A DNA stretch of 64,000 nt from Methylophilaceae bacterium (GTDB taxonomy: Bacteria; Pseudomonadota; Gammaproteobacteria; Burkholderiales; Methylophilaceae), in contig DASXUG010000001.1 of the NCBI GenBank assembly GCA_036504995.1, forward strand, positions 118,077-182,076, written 5' to 3'. Of the stretch, positions 18,565-31,595 are shown one piece after another. How positions within the stretch are numbered: the first letter of the stretch is position 1; the number at the start of each line of letters is the position of its first letter. The notes beneath the pieces were generated by a model. The model was not told the origin of the DNA and ran no database searches. It saw only the letters and a program-made list of their open reading frames with translations. The position numbers and the translations under genes were made by a program.

Positions 18565-19869
18565 ATGGCAACTAATGTTGAAACCATCAGCAATCTAGAA
18601 CGTCGTATGACGATTGTTGTCCCTATGCAGCCTCTTGAAGAGGAGATGAATCAGCGCATTAATCGCATCTCACGTACCGCAAAAATTCCAGGCTTCCGCC
18701 CAGGCAAGGTGCCGTTGAAAATGGTTCAGCAGCAATATGGCGCGCAAGTGCGTGACGAAGTGTTGTCAAATGCAGTTGAGCGTTCATTTACTGAAGCTAT
18801 TGAGCAAAACAATCTGCGTGTGGCTGGTTTTCCTAATATTGAACATAAACCTTTTGAAGCGGCTGCTGGTCAATTTGAGTACATCGCCACTTTTGAAGTG
18901 TTTCCAGAAATTGCCATCGGTGACTTGTCAGGCGCTAAAGTCGAGCGCTCAGTGCTGGAAGTTGCTGATGCTGAAGTTAAAAAGACACTTGATGTATTAG
19001 TCAAGCAACGTGCGACTTACGAAGATGTTAAACGTGCAGCGAAAAAAGGAGACAAGGTGAACTTGTCTTTAACTGCTTCTATGGATGGCCAAGAAGTGGA
19101 AAGCACTGGCGCGCAAGGCATTGATTTGATTCTTGCTGATGGTGGACGTGTTGCTGAGTTTGACGAAAATGTTGTTGGTAGCAAAGCTGGAACTACAAAA
19201 ACATTTGAAATAACCTATCCTGCTGATCATAAGCCGGAACAAATAGCGGGTAAAACAGTCTCTTATCAAGTGACGGTGAATAGTGTTGCTCAGGCAAAAT
19301 TACCTGAAGTTGATGCGGATTTTGCACGTAGCCTAGGTGTGGAAGATGGCGATGTGGAAAAAATGAAAGCCGACATCAAGGAAAGTTTGAGTCAGGAAGT
19401 GCAAAAGCGTGTGCGTGCGAAATTAAAAGACCAAGTGTTTAATGCGCTGGTGGCTGCCGCACAATTTGAGTTGCCGAAAGCTATCGTGGCTGCGGAAACT
19501 AACCGTTTAATGCAAATGGCTCAGCAAAACTTGCAACAACGCGGGGTGGATTTAAGCAATGTACAGCTTGAGCCAGCGATGTTTGAAGAGCAAGCTGCGC
19601 GTAACGCGACTTTGCGTTTGATATTGAGTGACGTTGTGAATAAGAACTCGCTACAAGCCAATGCCGAGCAAGTGCGTGCAATGGTTGAGCAGTTCTCACA
19701 AAGCTTTGAGCATCCAGCTGATGTGGTTCGCTGGTACTACGAAGATCCAAAACGTTTGGATGAGCCTGCAAGTTTGGCAACCGAAGAGAATGTGGTTGCA
19801 TGGGTGATGAAAACTGCCCAAGTGACTGATGTTGAGGTTAAGTTTGATGATTTGATGGGAAATGCATAA
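18565..19869 (+). CDS. tig: trigger factor
   Basis: 434 aa. N-terminal ribosome-binding block [10 protein letters not shown]. Position immediately upstream of clpP-clpX. Confidence 0.95.
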   Translation: MATNVETISNLERRMTIVVPMQPLEEEMNQRINRISRTAKIPGFRPGKVPLKMVQQQYGAQVRDEVLSNAVERSFTEAIEQNNLRVAGFPNIEHKPFEAAAGQFEYIATFEVFPEIAIGDLSGAKVERSVLEVADAEVKKTLDVLVKQRATYEDVKRAAKKGDKVNLSLTASMDGQEVESTGAQGIDLILADGGRVAEFDENVVGSKAGTTKTFEITYPADHKPEQIAGKTVSYQVTVNSVAQAKLPEVDADFARSLGVEDGDVEKMKADIKESLSQEVQKRVRAKLKDQVFNALVAAAQFELPKAIVAAETNRLMQMAQQNLQQRGVDLSNVQLEPAMFEEQAARNATLRLILSDVVNKNSLQANAEQVRAMVEQFSQSFEHPADVVRWYYEDPKRLDEPASLATEENVVAWVMKTAQVTDVEVKFDDLMGNA

Positions 19870-20528
19870 TGTTTACACAAGGTCATTCTGAAGGACAAAA
19901 TCAGCTAGTTCAACCGTCATGGGATCCCCAAAGCTTGGGTTATATCCCAATGGTGATTGAGCAAAGCGGACGCGGTGAGCGTTCCTACGATATTTACTCG
20001 CGCTTATTAAAAGAGCGGGTGATATTCTTGGTTGGTCCAGTGAATGACATGAGTGCAAACTTGGTTGTCGCTCAGTTGCTGTTTTTAGAGGCTGAGAATC
20101 CAGATAAAGACATTTCACTTTACATTAACTCGCCAGGTGGTTCAGTGACTGCTGGGATGTCTATCTATGACACCATGCAATTCATTAAACCAGATGTAAG
20201 CACACTGTGTATCGGTCAAGCAGCGAGCATGGGTGCTTTCTTATTGGCGGCGGGTGAAAAAAACAAACGTTATAGTTTGCCAAATTCACGCATTATGATT
20301 CATCAGCCGTCTGGTGGTTTCCAAGGTCAGTCTTCTGATATTCAGATTCACGCCAAAGAAATTATGTATCTGCGTGAAAAATTGAACGGAATTTTGGCAC
20401 ATCACTCAGGCAGAACTTCAGAAGAGATTGACCGTGATACAGAACGTGATAACTTTATGAGTGCAGAGCAATCAGTCGCATATGGCTTGATTGACAAAGT
20501 GATTGCGAGTCGAACCGACGCGGCATGA
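19869..20528 (+). CDS. clpP: ATP-dependent Clp protease proteolytic subunit
   Basis: [29 protein letters not shown] and [11 protein letters not shown] (active-site Ser region). 1-nt overlap with the tig stop codon. Confidence 0.95.
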   Translation: MFTQGHSEGQNQLVQPSWDPQSLGYIPMVIEQSGRGERSYDIYSRLLKERVIFLVGPVNDMSANLVVAQLLFLEAENPDKDISLYINSPGGSVTAGMSIYDTMQFIKPDVSTLCIGQAASMGAFLLAAGEKNKRYSLPNSRIMIHQPSGGFQGQSSDIQIHAKEIMYLREKLNGILAHHSGRTSEEIDRDTERDNFMSAEQSVAYGLIDKVIASRTDAA

Positions 20529-20604
20529 TATTTGCGTGATGTTGCAATGACAATGGAAAATGTTACAAAAGCAACACGCAACAAACAATAAATAGGAAAA
20601 ATTC

Positions 20605-21873
20605 ATGGTGACGAAAGCTGAAGGCGAAAAACTATTGTACTGTTCCTTTTGTGGGAAGAGTCAGCATGAAGTGAGAAAGCTGATCGCAGGCCCGTCAGTC
20701 TTTATTTGCGATGAATGCGTTGATTTGTGCAACGATATTATTCGCGAAGAAGTACAAGGCGATAGCAGTATCAAGCCGCGCGATGGCAACTTACCTAGCC
20801 CAAAAGAAATTTGCGAAATTCTCGACCAATACGTCATTGGTCAAACACAAGCTAAGAAAAGCTTGGCCGTTGCTGTTTACAATCACTACAAGCGTTTAGA
20901 CCAGCCATCAGCTAAAGATGATGTGGAAATTGCTAAAAGTAATATTTTAGTCATTGGGCCAACTGGCTCAGGTAAGACGCTACTTGCGCAAACGCTTGCT
21001 CGCTTGCTCGATGTGCCATTTGTGATGGCCGATGCCACCACCTTGACCGAAGCTGGTTATGTGGGTGAAGACGTTGAAAACATCATGCAAAAACTTTTGC
21101 AAAAGTGTGATTATGATGTTGAAAAAGCGCAGCGTGGAATTGTATATATTGATGAAATTGATAAGATTTCGCGCAAGTCAGACAATCCTTCTATTACCCG
21201 TGACGTGTCAGGCGAGGGCGTTCAACAAGCGTTGCTCAAGCTGATTGAGGGGACTATTGCCTCTGTGCCTCCACAAGGTGGCCGTAAACATCCAAATCAA
21301 GAGTTTGTACAACTCGATACCACGAATATCCTCTTTATTTGCGGCGGCGCATTTGACGGTCTAGATAAAGTGATTCGCAGGCGTTCAGAAAAAGGTGGTA
21401 TTGGTTTCGGCGCTGAAGTGAAAAGCAAAGAAGACGCACGTGCCATCGGTGAAGTATTGCGCGATGTAGAGCCAGAAGACTTGATTAAGTTTGGCTTAAT
21501 TCCAGAGTTTGTTGGTCGTTTACCAGCGATTGCTACTTTAGAGTCGCTTGATGAAGCGGCTTTAATGACTATCTTAGTTGAGCCTAAAAATGCACTCACT
21601 AAGCAATATGCTAAGCTGTTCAAAATGGAAGGCGTGGAGCTTGAGTTCCGTGAGGATGCTTTACGCGTAATCTCTAAAAAGGCGCTTGAGCGTAAAACGG
21701 GTGCGCGTGGTTTGCGCTCTATCATTGAACATGCGCTGCTCGAAATTATGTTTGATTTACCATCCATCACTAACTTAAGTAAAGTGGTGATAGATGAAGG
21801 TGTCATTACTGGTGAGAACCCACCTATTATGATTTACTCCGACGATAATCGTTTGGCGGAATCTGCGAGTTAA
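20605..21873 (+). CDS. clpX: ATP-dependent Clp protease ATP-binding subunit ClpX
   Basis: N-terminal zinc-binding domain CSFCGK...CDEC. Walker A GPTGSGKT. 422 aa. Confidence 0.97.
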   Translation: MVTKAEGEKLLYCSFCGKSQHEVRKLIAGPSVFICDECVDLCNDIIREEVQGDSSIKPRDGNLPSPKEICEILDQYVIGQTQAKKSLAVAVYNHYKRLDQPSAKDDVEIAKSNILVIGPTGSGKTLLAQTLARLLDVPFVMADATTLTEAGYVGEDVENIMQKLLQKCDYDVEKAQRGIVYIDEIDKISRKSDNPSITRDVSGEGVQQALLKLIEGTIASVPPQGGRKHPNQEFVQLDTTNILFICGGAFDGLDKVIRRRSEKGGIGFGAEVKSKEDARAIGEVLRDVEPEDLIKFGLIPEFVGRLPAIATLESLDEAALMTILVEPKNALTKQYAKLFKMEGVELEFREDALRVISKKALERKTGARGLRSIIEHALLEIMFDLPSITNLSKVVIDEGVITGENPPIMIYSDDNRLAESAS

Positions 21874-21923
21874 ATTCTAATTAAGTAAATTTGCTAGCAT
21901 TTAATTTTTATTACTTGCTAGCA

Positions 21924-21950
21924 CTTGAAACAAGCATTGTTTGCCCCTAT
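21924..21950 (+). promoter_or_regulatory. sigma-32 (heat-shock) type promoter for lon
   Basis: CTTGAAA (21924-21930), 13-nt spacer, CCCCTAT (21944-21950), ~58 nt upstream of the lon ATG. Confidence 0.6.
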
Positions 21951-22007
21951 TTATACAACATACGCGTACAGTATGTGACTGTACGTGGCTTACATTGAAG
22001 GTTTCTC

Positions 22008-24455
22008 ATGACAGATAAAACTTTACCAGAATTTTCGGCTGACGCTGGCTTGTTGCCTTTGTTGCCACTGCGCGATGTTGTGGTTTATCCTCACCTCGTA
22101 ATCCCTCTGTTTGTTGGTCGTGCCAAGTCTGTGCGTGCTTTAGAGCTCGCCTCTGAGCACAATAAACAAATCTTCTTAGTTGCCCAGAAATCCCCCAATA
22201 ATGATGAGCCAGATGGATCTGACTTGTATGAAGTAGGTACGATTGCAACGGTATTACAAATGCTCAAACTGCCTGACGGTACCGTTAAGGTGCTGGTGGA
22301 AGGGGTGCATCGCGCCCGCGTAGTTGAGTTTGTGGATACTGTCGACTGCTTTGCTGCAAAAGTTGAGCAAATTGAAAATACCGTAGAAGATGAAAACGAA
22401 ACACAAGCATTAATGCGTACCGTGTTTACGCAGTTTGATCAGTACGTTAAGCTCAACAAAAAAATCCCGCCAGAAATTCTTACCTCTTTGGCTACCATTG
22501 ATGACGCTGGCCGCTTAGCAGATACCATCACAGCGCACCTCACACTAAAGCTCGAAGAAAAACAAAGCATTCTTGAAATGTTCAGCGTCACTGAGCGTCT
22601 TGAGCATTTACTTGGTTTACTTGAATCTGAAATTGACATTTTGCAAGTTGAAAAGCGCATCCGTGGGCGTGTCAAACGTCAAATGGAAAAGAGTCAGCGT
22701 GAGTACTATTTGAATGAGCAAGTCAAAGCTATTCAGAAAGAGCTGGGTGAGCAAGATGAAAGCGCGGATATTGAAGAGCTTGAAAAACGTATTTTAGATG
22801 CGAAAATGCCTAAAGATGCGCTGGCAAAAGCCCATGCTGAGATGAAGAAGCTCAAAATGATGTCGCCAATGTCTGCAGAGGCAAGCGTGGTACGCAACTA
22901 CATCGAAACGCTGGTGAATTTGCCTTGGAAGAAAAAAACCAAGATCAGCAAAGACTTGGCCGTAGCTGAAGACATTTTGAATCAAGACCACTACGGTTTA
23001 GATAAGGTAAAAGAGCGTATTGTAGAGTACCTCGCTGTTCAACAGCGTGTTGATAAGCTCAAGGCGCCAATTTTGTGTCTAGTCGGCCCGCCAGGCGTCG
23101 GTAAGACTTCACTTGGGCAAAGCATCGCTAAAGCGGTCAATCGCAAGTTTGTACGTGTCGCTTTAGGCGGCGTGCGTGACGAATCTGAGATTCGTGGGCA
23201 CAGACGTACCTATATTGGCTCTATGCCAGGCAAGATTCTACAAAGCATGACCAAAGTAGCTGTCAAGAACCCACTTTTCTTGCTCGATGAAGTCGACAAA
23301 ATGGGTCAAGATTTCCGTGGTGATCCATCTTCAGCCTTGCTGGAAGTATTAGACCCTGAGCAAAACCATACTTTCGTCGACCACTACGTCGAAGTTGAGT
23401 ATGACTTGTCTGATGTTATGTTTGTGGCCACTTCAAACTCGCTCAATATTCCTGCACCATTACTGGATCGTATGGAAGTGATTCGTCTTGCTGGCTATAC
23501 AGAAGATGAAAAAGTGAATATTGCAATGCGTTATTTATTGCCTAAGCAATTAAAAACACACGGCTTGAAAGAGCATGAAATTAACGTAGCAGAAGCGGCG
23601 GTTCGCGATATTGTACGTTATTACACACGTGAGGCTGGTGTACGTAGCTTGGACCGTGAAATCTCAAAGATTTGCCGTAAAGTGGTTAAAGAGTTGCTCA
23701 CGATGGTAACCAAAACCACAGGTAAGGGGATTAAAAAGGTCTCTGTAACTCCTAAAAACTTGGATAAATACCTAGGCGTACAACGTTTTGATTACGGTAT
23801 TGCTGCAAAATCCAATCAAATTGGACAAGTGACAGGCTTGGCTTGGACCGAGGTGGGCGGCGAATTGCTGACTATTGAGTCTGTGTTGCTTCCAGGTAAA
23901 GGCGTGGCCATTAAAACGGGTAAGCTTGGCGAGGTCATGCAGGAGTCTATTCAGGCTGCTATGAGCGTAGTGCGTAGCCGTGCTAAGCGTTTGGGTATTC
24001 CTGAAGACTTTTACGAGAAAAACGATATTCACATTCACTTCCCTGAAGGCGCTACGCCAAAAGATGGGCCAAGTGCGGGTATCGGTATTTGTACTGCTTT
24101 GGTATCAGTGCTCACTAAAATACCAGTTCGTGCTGATGTTGCCATGACGGGTGAAATTACTCTACGTGGCGAAGTGTTGCCAATCGGTGGTTTGAAAGAA
24201 AAACTATTGGCAGCTCATCGTGGTGGTATCAAAATAGTACTGATTCCTGATCAGAACGTGAAAGATTTAACTGAGATTCCAGAAAACATTAAAAGTGGTC
24301 TGGAAATCCATCCCGTTAAATGGATCGATGAGGTATTGGAATACGCGTTAGAGCGTAGCCCAACCCCTTTGGAGGAGTTGGTTGTAGCCCCTGATGTGGT
24401 GAATGCGGAGGTCGAAGCTAAAGAGCCTGAGATCGCTGTTGTCACTAAACATTAA
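22008..24455 (+). CDS. lon: ATP-dependent protease Lon (LonA type)
   Basis: 815 aa. LON N-domain, Walker [11 protein letters not shown]-terminal protease block PKDGPSAGI. Confidence 0.97.
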   Translation: MTDKTLPEFSADAGLLPLLPLRDVVVYPHLVIPLFVGRAKSVRALELASEHNKQIFLVAQKSPNNDEPDGSDLYEVGTIATVLQMLKLPDGTVKVLVEGVHRARVVEFVDTVDCFAAKVEQIENTVEDENETQALMRTVFTQFDQYVKLNKKIPPEILTSLATIDDAGRLADTITAHLTLKLEEKQSILEMFSVTERLEHLLGLLESEIDILQVEKRIRGRVKRQMEKSQREYYLNEQVKAIQKELGEQDESADIEELEKRILDAKMPKDALAKAHAEMKKLKMMSPMSAEASVVRNYIETLVNLPWKKKTKISKDLAVAEDILNQDHYGLDKVKERIVEYLAVQQRVDKLKAPILCLVGPPGVGKTSLGQSIAKAVNRKFVRVALGGVRDESEIRGHRRTYIGSMPGKILQSMTKVAVKNPLFLLDEVDKMGQDFRGDPSSALLEVLDPEQNHTFVDHYVEVEYDLSDVMFVATSNSLNIPAPLLDRMEVIRLAGYTEDEKVNIAMRYLLPKQLKTHGLKEHEINVAEAAVRDIVRYYTREAGVRSLDREISKICRKVVKELLTMVTKTTGKGIKKVSVTPKNLDKYLGVQRFDYGIAAKSNQIGQVTGLAWTEVGGELLTIESVLLPGKGVAIKTGKLGEVMQESIQAAMSVVRSRAKRLGIPEDFYEKNDIHIHFPEGATPKDGPSAGIGICTALVSVLTKIPVRADVAMTGEITLRGEVLPIGGLKEKLLAAHRGGIKIVLIPDQNVKDLTEIPENIKSGLEIHPVKWIDEVLEYALERSPTPLEELVVAPDVVNAEVEAKEPEIAVVTKH

Positions 24456-24484
24456 CGATATATTCAGCATTTCTGTGTAAATTT

Positions 24485-24525
24485 GTCACAAAGGCTTGAC
24501 ATAAGCTTTTGTGACTTGCTATAAA
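24485..24525 (+). promoter_or_regulatory. hairpin (possible lon terminator) overlapping a sigma-70-like hupB promoter
   Basis: GTCACAAAGGCTT-GACAT-AAGCTTTTGTGAC (13-bp stem, 1 mismatch, 24485-24515). TTGACA at 24496-24501 and TATAAA at 24520-24525 with an 18-nt spacer. Confidence 0.4.
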
Positions 24526-24579
24526 GCTACACACAGGGAGAAGCCTGCTTATATTAATAATGACGAAAGGGGATTACAA

Positions 24580-24852
24580 GTGAATAAATCAGATTTGATT
24601 GACCATATTGCTAAAGCCGCTGGAATTTCTAAAGCTGCTGCTGGCCGTTCTTTAGATGCTGCAACGTCTACTATCACCAAAGCCTTAAAAAAGGGTGATA
24701 CCGTAACATTAATTGGTTTTGGTACATTTTATGTAGGTGATCGTGCGGCTAGAAGTGGTCGTAATCCTCGCACTGGTGCAGAAATTAAAATCAAAGCTGC
24801 TAAATCTCCCAAATTTAGGGCTGGTAAAGCACTAAAAGATAGTGTAAACTAG
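24580..24852 (+). CDS. hupB: DNA-binding protein HU
   Basis: 90 aa from GTG 24580 ([15 protein letters not shown]...[27 protein letters not shown]). GGGGA Shine-Dalgarno sequence upstream. The 24511 start would add a non-homologous extension. Confidence 0.9.
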   Translation: MNKSDLIDHIAKAAGISKAAAGRSLDAATSTITKALKKGDTVTLIGFGTFYVGDRAARSGRNPRTGAEIKIKAAKSPKFRAGKALKDSVN

Positions 24853-24872
24853 CGGTCTTCGTTGATGAAGAC

Positions 24873-24948
24873 GGGTGCTTAGCTCAGTTGGTAGAGCGTC
24901 GCCCTTACAAGGCGAATGTCAGCGGTTCGACCCCGTTAGCACCCACCA
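24873..24948 (+). tRNA. tRNA-Val (anticodon TAC)
   Basis: Acceptor GGGTGCT/AGCACCC. Anticodon stem TCGCC/GGCGA with loop CTTACAA. T-loop GGTTCGA. Encoded CCA. Confidence 0.92.
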
Positions 24949-25018
24949 GTCATCAACGTGCAATACCAGTAACTAACTGGCAACTACGTTGCAAGTGTTA
25001 TGGAATGCAACCAGTTTA

Positions 25019-25095
25019 GGAGCGGTAGTTCAGTTGGTTAGAATACCGGCCTGTCACGCCGGGGGTCGCGGGTTCGAGTCCCGTCCGCTCCGCCA
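25019..25095 (+). tRNA. tRNA-Asp (anticodon GTC)
   Basis: Acceptor GGAGCGG/CCGCTCC. Anticodon stem CCGGC/GCCGG with loop CTGTCAC. T-loop GGTTCGA. Encoded CCA. Confidence 0.92.
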
Positions 25096-25133
25096 CTAAT
25101 TAGCGTATGTTTCATGAAGCAGCGCAATTAAAT

Positions 25134-25165
25134 AAAAAGCCCCGAGAAATCGGGGCTTTTTATTT
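25134..25165. terminator. bidirectional intrinsic terminator (tRNA operon / leuA)
   Basis: AAAAA-GCCCCGA-GAAA-TCGGGGC-TTTTTATTTT. Confidence 0.8.
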
Positions 25166-25275
25166 TTCCATCTATCTTAATTGTTTAGGTTGGTCCTCAT
25201 TCCAAGTTTGAAAGAACCAAGGTGTTTGCCTATCAGGCAGCCTAATGAAAAGTCCGCCTGATAGGGTTTGAGGGG

Positions 25276-26826
25276 TTAGACTTGAGGATGCGCGCGTTCA
25301 GACTTGGCGCATATTTTATTTAAACCATTTAAATAGGCCTTAGCTGAAGCGATAACAATATCGGTATCTGCCCCCTGCCCGTTAACAATGCGACCTCCTT
25401 TGGCGAGACGTACTGTCACTTCACCCTGTGCATCAGTGCCGCTGGTAATATTGTTGACCGAATACAAAAGCAACTCTGCACCACTATTAACAATATTTTC
25501 TATCGCTTTAAAAGCAGCATCTACAGGGCCACCACCATCGGACTCGGCTTTTATCTCGGTCCCCGCATCGCTGATGGTCAATTGTGCATGGGGTACTTCG
25601 CCTGTTTGAGAGGTGACTTGTAAATAAACTAATTTATAGTTTTCCGCAGTTTCAGAGATAAATTCGTCGCTCACCAAAGCATGCAAGTCCTCATCAAAGA
25701 TTTCAGATTTTTTGTCCGCCAATATTTTGAAGCGAGCAAATGCCGCGTTTAATGATTCTTCACTTTCCAATTCTATGCCTAACTCTTTCAAGCGACTTCT
25801 AAATGCGTTGCGGCCTGACAATTTGCCCAACGTAAGCTTGTTGGCACCCCAGCCCACATCCTCTGCGCGCATGATTTCATAAGTTTCACGGTGTTTTAAT
25901 ACGCCATCTTGGTGTATGCCGCTTTCGTGCGAGAATGCATTGGCACCGACAACTGCTTTATTAGGCTGCACAGGATAGCCCGTAATGGTAGAAACCAACT
26001 TGGAGGCAGGGACGATTTGGGTGGTATCGATGCTGGTTTCTAAGTTAAATATGTCGCGGCGTGTTTTCACTGCCATGACTATTTCCTCTAAGCTTGCATT
26101 GCCAGCACGTTCACCTAAACCATTGATGGTGCATTCAACCTGGCGCGCGCCTGCCATGACAGCGGCTAAAGAGTTGGCAACTGCCATCCCTAAATCATTA
26201 TGGCAGTGGGTTGACCAAATCACTTTATCAGCGTTTTTGACGCGTGCAATTAATTGTTGCATGCGTTCGCCCCATAAAGCAGGGATTGAGTAACCCACTG
26301 TGTCTGGTACGTTAATCGTTTTTGCACCTGCTTCAATGACGGCATCAAATACCTGTACTAAGAAGTCAATATCAGAGCGCACCGCATCTTCTGCTGAGAA
26401 CTCAACATCATCCGTATATTCACGTGCCCATTTAACTGCTTGCACCGCACGCTCTAATACTTGTTCTGGTGTCATACGCAATTTATTTTGCATGTGAATG
26501 GGTGAGGTTGCAATAAACGTGTGAATGCGGCCTTTTTTGGCGGGTTTAATTGCTTCGCCGGCGCGGCGAATGTCATTCTCATTGGCACGTGCTAATGAGC
26601 ACACAGTAGACTCTTTAATCACTTCAGCTACTGCATGAATGGCATCAAAGTCACCTGGACTGGCAGCGGCAAAACCAGCTTCAATCACGTTAACGCCCAA
26701 TTTTTCTAATTGGCGTGCAATGCGAATTTTTTCTTCTTTAGTCATGGCAGCGCCAGGACTTTGTTCGCCATCGCGTAATGTTGTATCAAAAATAATTAAT
26801 TGATTGTTCTGAATGTTTTTCATCAT
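25276..26826 (-). CDS. leuA: 2-isopropylmalate synthase
   Basis: 516 aa. [14 protein letters not shown] and [16 protein letters not shown] blocks. C-terminal LeuA regulatory domain. Confidence 0.95.
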   Translation of the reverse strand: MMKNIQNNQLIIFDTTLRDGEQSPGAAMTKEEKIRIARQLEKLGVNVIEAGFAAASPGDFDAIHAVAEVIKESTVCSLARANENDIRRAGEAIKPAKKGRIHTFIATSPIHMQNKLRMTPEQVLERAVQAVKWAREYTDDVEFSAEDAVRSDIDFLVQVFDAVIEAGAKTINVPDTVGYSIPALWGERMQQLIARVKNADKVIWSTHCHNDLGMAVANSLAAVMAGARQVECTINGLGERAGNASLEEIVMAVKTRRDIFNLETSIDTTQIVPASKLVSTITGYPVQPNKAVVGANAFSHESGIHQDGVLKHRETYEIMRAEDVGWGANKLTLGKLSGRNAFRSRLKELGIELESEESLNAAFARFKILADKKSEIFDEDLHALVSDEFISETAENYKLVYLQVTSQTGEVPHAQLTISDAGTEIKAESDGGGPVDAAFKAIENIVNSGAELLLYSVNNITSGTDAQGEVTVRLAKGGRIVNGQGADTDIVIASAKAYLNGLNKICAKSERAHPQV

Positions 26827-27110
26827 GTTCTTTCAACGGGCTTAATATCAAAGTTCAAGTTTTTGATATGTATAGATTATATCCATCATTCAATGATGAT
26901 GGCGTGCTTAATACATTGGGTATAACAAAAAAGTGGGATAGTTTGCGCGCTAGCGCAGTAGTGCTAGGCGTGACAATAGCGCATCGTTTAGGCTAAAGCC
27001 TAACAATGTGTCACGTGAAAATGATGTGAATTGAGAATTCATACTATAAATATAATCACTTTTTTAAGTTTTGGCAACTTTTATACACGTATTTACATAC
27101 TAACAGTGGA

Positions 27111-27902
27111 TTATATGGACGTTTTTTTCTTTTCCAGTTTACGCATCGCCCACAATATATAGCCTGAAATACCGTAGCCAAACGCAACCATAAATAAAAC
27201 TTCAGCAGGGCTATATGAAATTAATACAAATGCCAGCACGATGAGTAATATCACCACGAAAGGCACGCTGCTTTTTAAATTAATGTCTTTCCCGCTATAA
27301 AATTTAAGATCGCTGACCATAGTGAGTCCCGCAAATAGAGTAACGAACCATGCGACCCATTTGATTTGGAGCCAGTTAAAAAATACTTCATCGCCAGCAA
27401 TGCCATTATCATATGAAACCCAAATCAACCCAGCTAATAGTGCAGCCGCTGCAGGGCTTGGCAGACCTTGAAAATAACGCTTATCACCATCATCTAATTT
27501 TGTATTAAATCGGGCCAAGCGCAATGCGGCACATGCGCAATAAATGAAAGCAGCAATCCAGCCCAGTTTGTGCATGGGTTTTAATGCCCATACATACATC
27601 ACCAATGCAGGTGCGACACCAAAGGAGACCATGTCAGACAGGCTGTCATATTCAGCACCAAACGTACTTTGCGTGTTAGTCATACGGGCAACGCGACCAT
27701 CCAAGCCATCCATCACCATGGCTATAAAAATGGCAATCGCGGATTGCTCATAATTGCCACTCATGGCTTGTACGATAGCGTAGAACCCGCCAAATAAAGC
27801 TGCGGTAGTAAACAAGTTGGGGAGTAAGTAAATGCTACGTTCGCGCAAGTTAGGTTTTAACAGGTCTTGCCTTCTACGGTTGCGTGGCGCTGGTTCAGCC
27901 AT
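27111..27902 (-). CDS. pssA: CDP-diacylglycerol--serine O-phosphatidyltransferase
   Basis: 263 aa, multi-TM. CDP-alcohol phosphatidyltransferase motif DGLDGRVARMTNTQSTFGAEYDSLSD. Confidence 0.85.
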   Translation of the reverse strand: MAEPAPRNRRRQDLLKPNLRERSIYLLPNLFTTAALFGGFYAIVQAMSGNYEQSAIAIFIAMVMDGLDGRVARMTNTQSTFGAEYDSLSDMVSFGVAPALVMYVWALKPMHKLGWIAAFIYCACAALRLARFNTKLDDGDKRYFQGLPSPAAAALLAGLIWVSYDNGIAGDEVFFNWLQIKWVAWFVTLFAGLTMVSDLKFYSGKDINLKSSVPFVVILLIVLAFVLISYSPAEVLFMVAFGYGISGYILWAMRKLEKKKTSI

Positions 27903-28050
27903 GGTTCTTGTTGTTCCTTTTATTGTTGCATAGGAGTCGTGCTGTGACTGGGAAAAATATTACTAAAATATTGCGTAGTATAGCAAAGCTAGCAAGATTG
28001 ACTATGATAGTATCGCGTCTTGATTCAATAAATGCTACTTAAATAATTAA

Positions 28051-29169
<1,119 letters not shown>

Positions 29170-29322
29170 AATGCTTTAATGTTGGATGATGTGTTAAAAT
29201 CCCGCACTTTATTGAAATAGCACAGGTTTTTCTGTGGTGTTTGTTTTTATGTTACTTGAATTTTGTGATACTTAAATTTGTATTATTTAAATTTTGAAAA
29301 GTTAAATTAGGAAAATTGAATT

Positions 29323-29640
29323 ATGTTGATTAGCTCTGCATACGCTGCTTCAGGCGCCGCAACTCAAGACTGGATGAGCCTTGCGCCTATGGTCGTTATT
29401 TTTGTATTGTTTTATTTTATGCTGATTCGTCCACAAATGAAGCAAGCTAAAGAAACTAAAGCGATGATTGAAGCTTTGCAAAAAGGCGATGAAGTGGTCA
29501 CTACAGGCGGTATTGTTGGCCGAGTTGCCAAGGTCAGCAATGATTTTGTTGTGCTTGAAATTACCGACAGTGTCTCCATTAATGTACAAAAGCAAGCGGT
29601 ACAAACCTTGTTGCCCAAGGGTACTATTAAGGCCATTTAA
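29323..29640 (+). CDS. yajC: preprotein translocase subunit YajC
   Basis: 105 aa. LIRPQMKQAKE...LQKGDEVVTTGGIVGRV pattern. Upstream of secDF. Confidence 0.9.
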   Translation: MLISSAYAASGAATQDWMSLAPMVVIFVLFYFMLIRPQMKQAKETKAMIEALQKGDEVVTTGGIVGRVAKVSNDFVVLEITDSVSINVQKQAVQTLLPKGTIKAI

Positions 29641-29657
29641 TCCTTCATTAAACAACT

Positions 29658-29690
29658 AAATGCCCAGTTAGCAACACTAAGTGGGCATTT
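29658..29690 (+). other. stem-loop between yajC and secD
   Basis: AAATGCCCA-N15-TGGGCATTT (9-bp stem, inner TTAG/CTAA pairing). No T-run, so it is probably a processing or stability element rather than a terminator. Confidence 0.3.
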
Positions 29691-29711
29691 AAATAAAACA
29701 CGAGCCGCGTT

Positions 29712-31541
29712 ATGAACCGTTATCCGATGTGGAAGTATCTTTTAGTTCTCACTATCCTTATTTTGGGCTTGGTGTACTCACTCCCGAATATGTTTGGCGA
29801 GTCTCCTGCTGTGCAAATTACGGCTGCAAAAAACAGTAGTATGCTAGACCCAGCCTTGCTCGGTCAGGTAGAAAGCGTGCTGAAAGATGAAAAGATTCAA
29901 TATGAACGCGTGTTTGTAGATAAAAACAGTATTAAAGCAACGTTTGCCAATGTGGACGTGCAAGGGCGAGCAAAAGACGTACTGCTGGCTAAGTTGGGTA
30001 AAGATTACGTCGTTGCGTTAAATCTGCTTTCCCGCTCACCGGCTTGGCTGACTAGCATTGGTGCCCTGCCTATGTACTTGGGCTTGGATTTGCGTGGTGG
30101 CGTGCACTTCTTGTTGCAAGTGGATATGAAGGCTGCTTTAGATAAAGCTGCAGATCGTTACGTGGGCGATTTCCGTACTGCTTTACGTAAAGAGCGCGTG
30201 GAGTACTTGGGTGTTTCTCGTGAAGGACAAACCGTTCAATTGCGCTTTAGCAACCCTGCGGAAATGTCAAAAGCCTATAAAATCCTTGCCAAAGAATATC
30301 CAGACTTAACACTTAAAGAAACCGATAACGGGACTGATAAGTTGTTAATCGCCAGCTTAAATCCAGAGTCACAAAAACGCATTCAAGACTTTGCGTTGAA
30401 GCAAAATATTCAAACGCTACATAACCGTATTAATGAGCTTGGTGTTGCCGAGCCGATTATTCAGCAACAAGGCGCTGACCGTATCGTGGTGCAATTGCCA
30501 GGGGTGCAGGATACGGCTAAAGCAAAAGAGATTTTGGGGCGCACGGCTACGCTTGAAATCCGTATGGTGGACGAAGAGAAGAGTGATGCCGTCACCCTAG
30601 AGAACGCCAGCAAGGGGCAGGTGCCGTTTGGGGATGAGTATTTTGTAGATCGCGGTCAACAGCCTATTTTGGTGAAAAAAGCGGTGATGCTGACAGGCGA
30701 TTATATTACGGACGCGGGCCCAGGCATGGACCAGCAAAGTGGTCGTTCTGTAGTGCATGTCACCTTAGATGGTCGTGGCGCGCGCATTTTTAAACAGGTG
30801 ACTAAAGAAAACGTTGGCAAACGCATGGCCATCTTGTTGGTTGAAAAAGGTCAGGCAGAAGTGATTACTGCGCCAGTCATTAATGAAGAGATTGGCGGCG
30901 GTCGTGTGCAGATTTCTGGTATGGCGAATACGCAAGAAGCCACGGATATTTCATTGCTGCTACGTGCAGGTGCGTTAGCTGCGCCTATGGATATTGTCGA
31001 AGAGCGTACTGTTGGCCCAAGCATGGGTGAAGAAAACATCAAGCGTGGTATGCATTCAACGCTCTGGGGTTTTGCGGCGATTGCGATATTTATGATGATT
31101 TACTACTTAGTATTTGGTGGTATTTCAGTCGTTGCTTTAGGCATCAACTTGTTATTGTTGCTAGCCTTGCTCTCATTGTTACAAGCGACACTTACCTTGC
31201 CAGGCCTCGCCGCGATCGCGTTGACCTTGGGGATGGCGATTGACGCTAACGTACTTGTGAATGAGCGTATCCGCGAAGAGTTGCGTAATGGTAATACACC
31301 GCAAGCTGCGATTCATGCGGGCTATGATCGTGCTTTTGATACGATTTTAGACTCCAACGTAACGACATTTATTGTGGGTATGATGTTGTTCAGCTTTGGC
31401 TCGGGTCCGATTAAAGGTTTTGCCGTGGTGCATATGTTAGGTATTTTGACTTCAATGTTCAGTGCCGTGGTGGTGTCACGTGTGTTAGTGAATTTAATGT
31501 ACGGTTATCGCCGTAAAATCAGTAAATTAGCCATTGGTTAA
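29712..31541 (+). CDS. secD: protein translocase subunit SecD
   Basis: 609 aa. Large periplasmic domain followed by six C-terminal TM helices. Confidence 0.95.
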   Translation: MNRYPMWKYLLVLTILILGLVYSLPNMFGESPAVQITAAKNSSMLDPALLGQVESVLKDEKIQYERVFVDKNSIKATFANVDVQGRAKDVLLAKLGKDYVVALNLLSRSPAWLTSIGALPMYLGLDLRGGVHFLLQVDMKAALDKAADRYVGDFRTALRKERVEYLGVSREGQTVQLRFSNPAEMSKAYKILAKEYPDLTLKETDNGTDKLLIASLNPESQKRIQDFALKQNIQTLHNRINELGVAEPIIQQQGADRIVVQLPGVQDTAKAKEILGRTATLEIRMVDEEKSDAVTLENASKGQVPFGDEYFVDRGQQPILVKKAVMLTGDYITDAGPGMDQQSGRSVVHVTLDGRGARIFKQVTKENVGKRMAILLVEKGQAEVITAPVINEEIGGGRVQISGMANTQEATDISLLLRAGALAAPMDIVEERTVGPSMGEENIKRGMHSTLWGFAAIAIFMMIYYLVFGGISVVALGINLLLLLALLSLLQATLTLPGLAAIALTLGMAIDANVLVNERIREELRNGNTPQAAIHAGYDRAFDTILDSNVTTFIVGMMLFSFGSGPIKGFAVVHMLGILTSMFSAVVVSRVLVNLMYGYRRKISKLAIG

Positions 31542-31595
31542 CACTGACATAACTAAATGCATCATTTGATAGATTGAAAATTAAGAGCAAATTCT

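Noticed and set aside
21885-21925. Two copies of the self-complementary octamer TGCTAGCA after clpX, as a possible terminator.
   Set aside because: The stem is only ~7-8 bp with a 16-nt AT loop and no clear T-run. The support is too weak to annotate.
24511-24579. An upstream ATG that would give a 113-aa HU protein.
   Set aside because: The extension [23 protein letters not shown] has no counterpart in HU proteins. GTG 24580 gives the canonical 90-aa MNKSDLI... protein with a GGGGA Shine-Dalgarno sequence, and the putative promoter lies inside the extension.
24873-25275. tRNA-Val/tRNA-Asp as a possible genomic-island integration site.
   Set aside because: The tRNAs are followed directly by a strong terminator and then the core gene leuA. 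There is no integrase and no partial tRNA duplication downstream.
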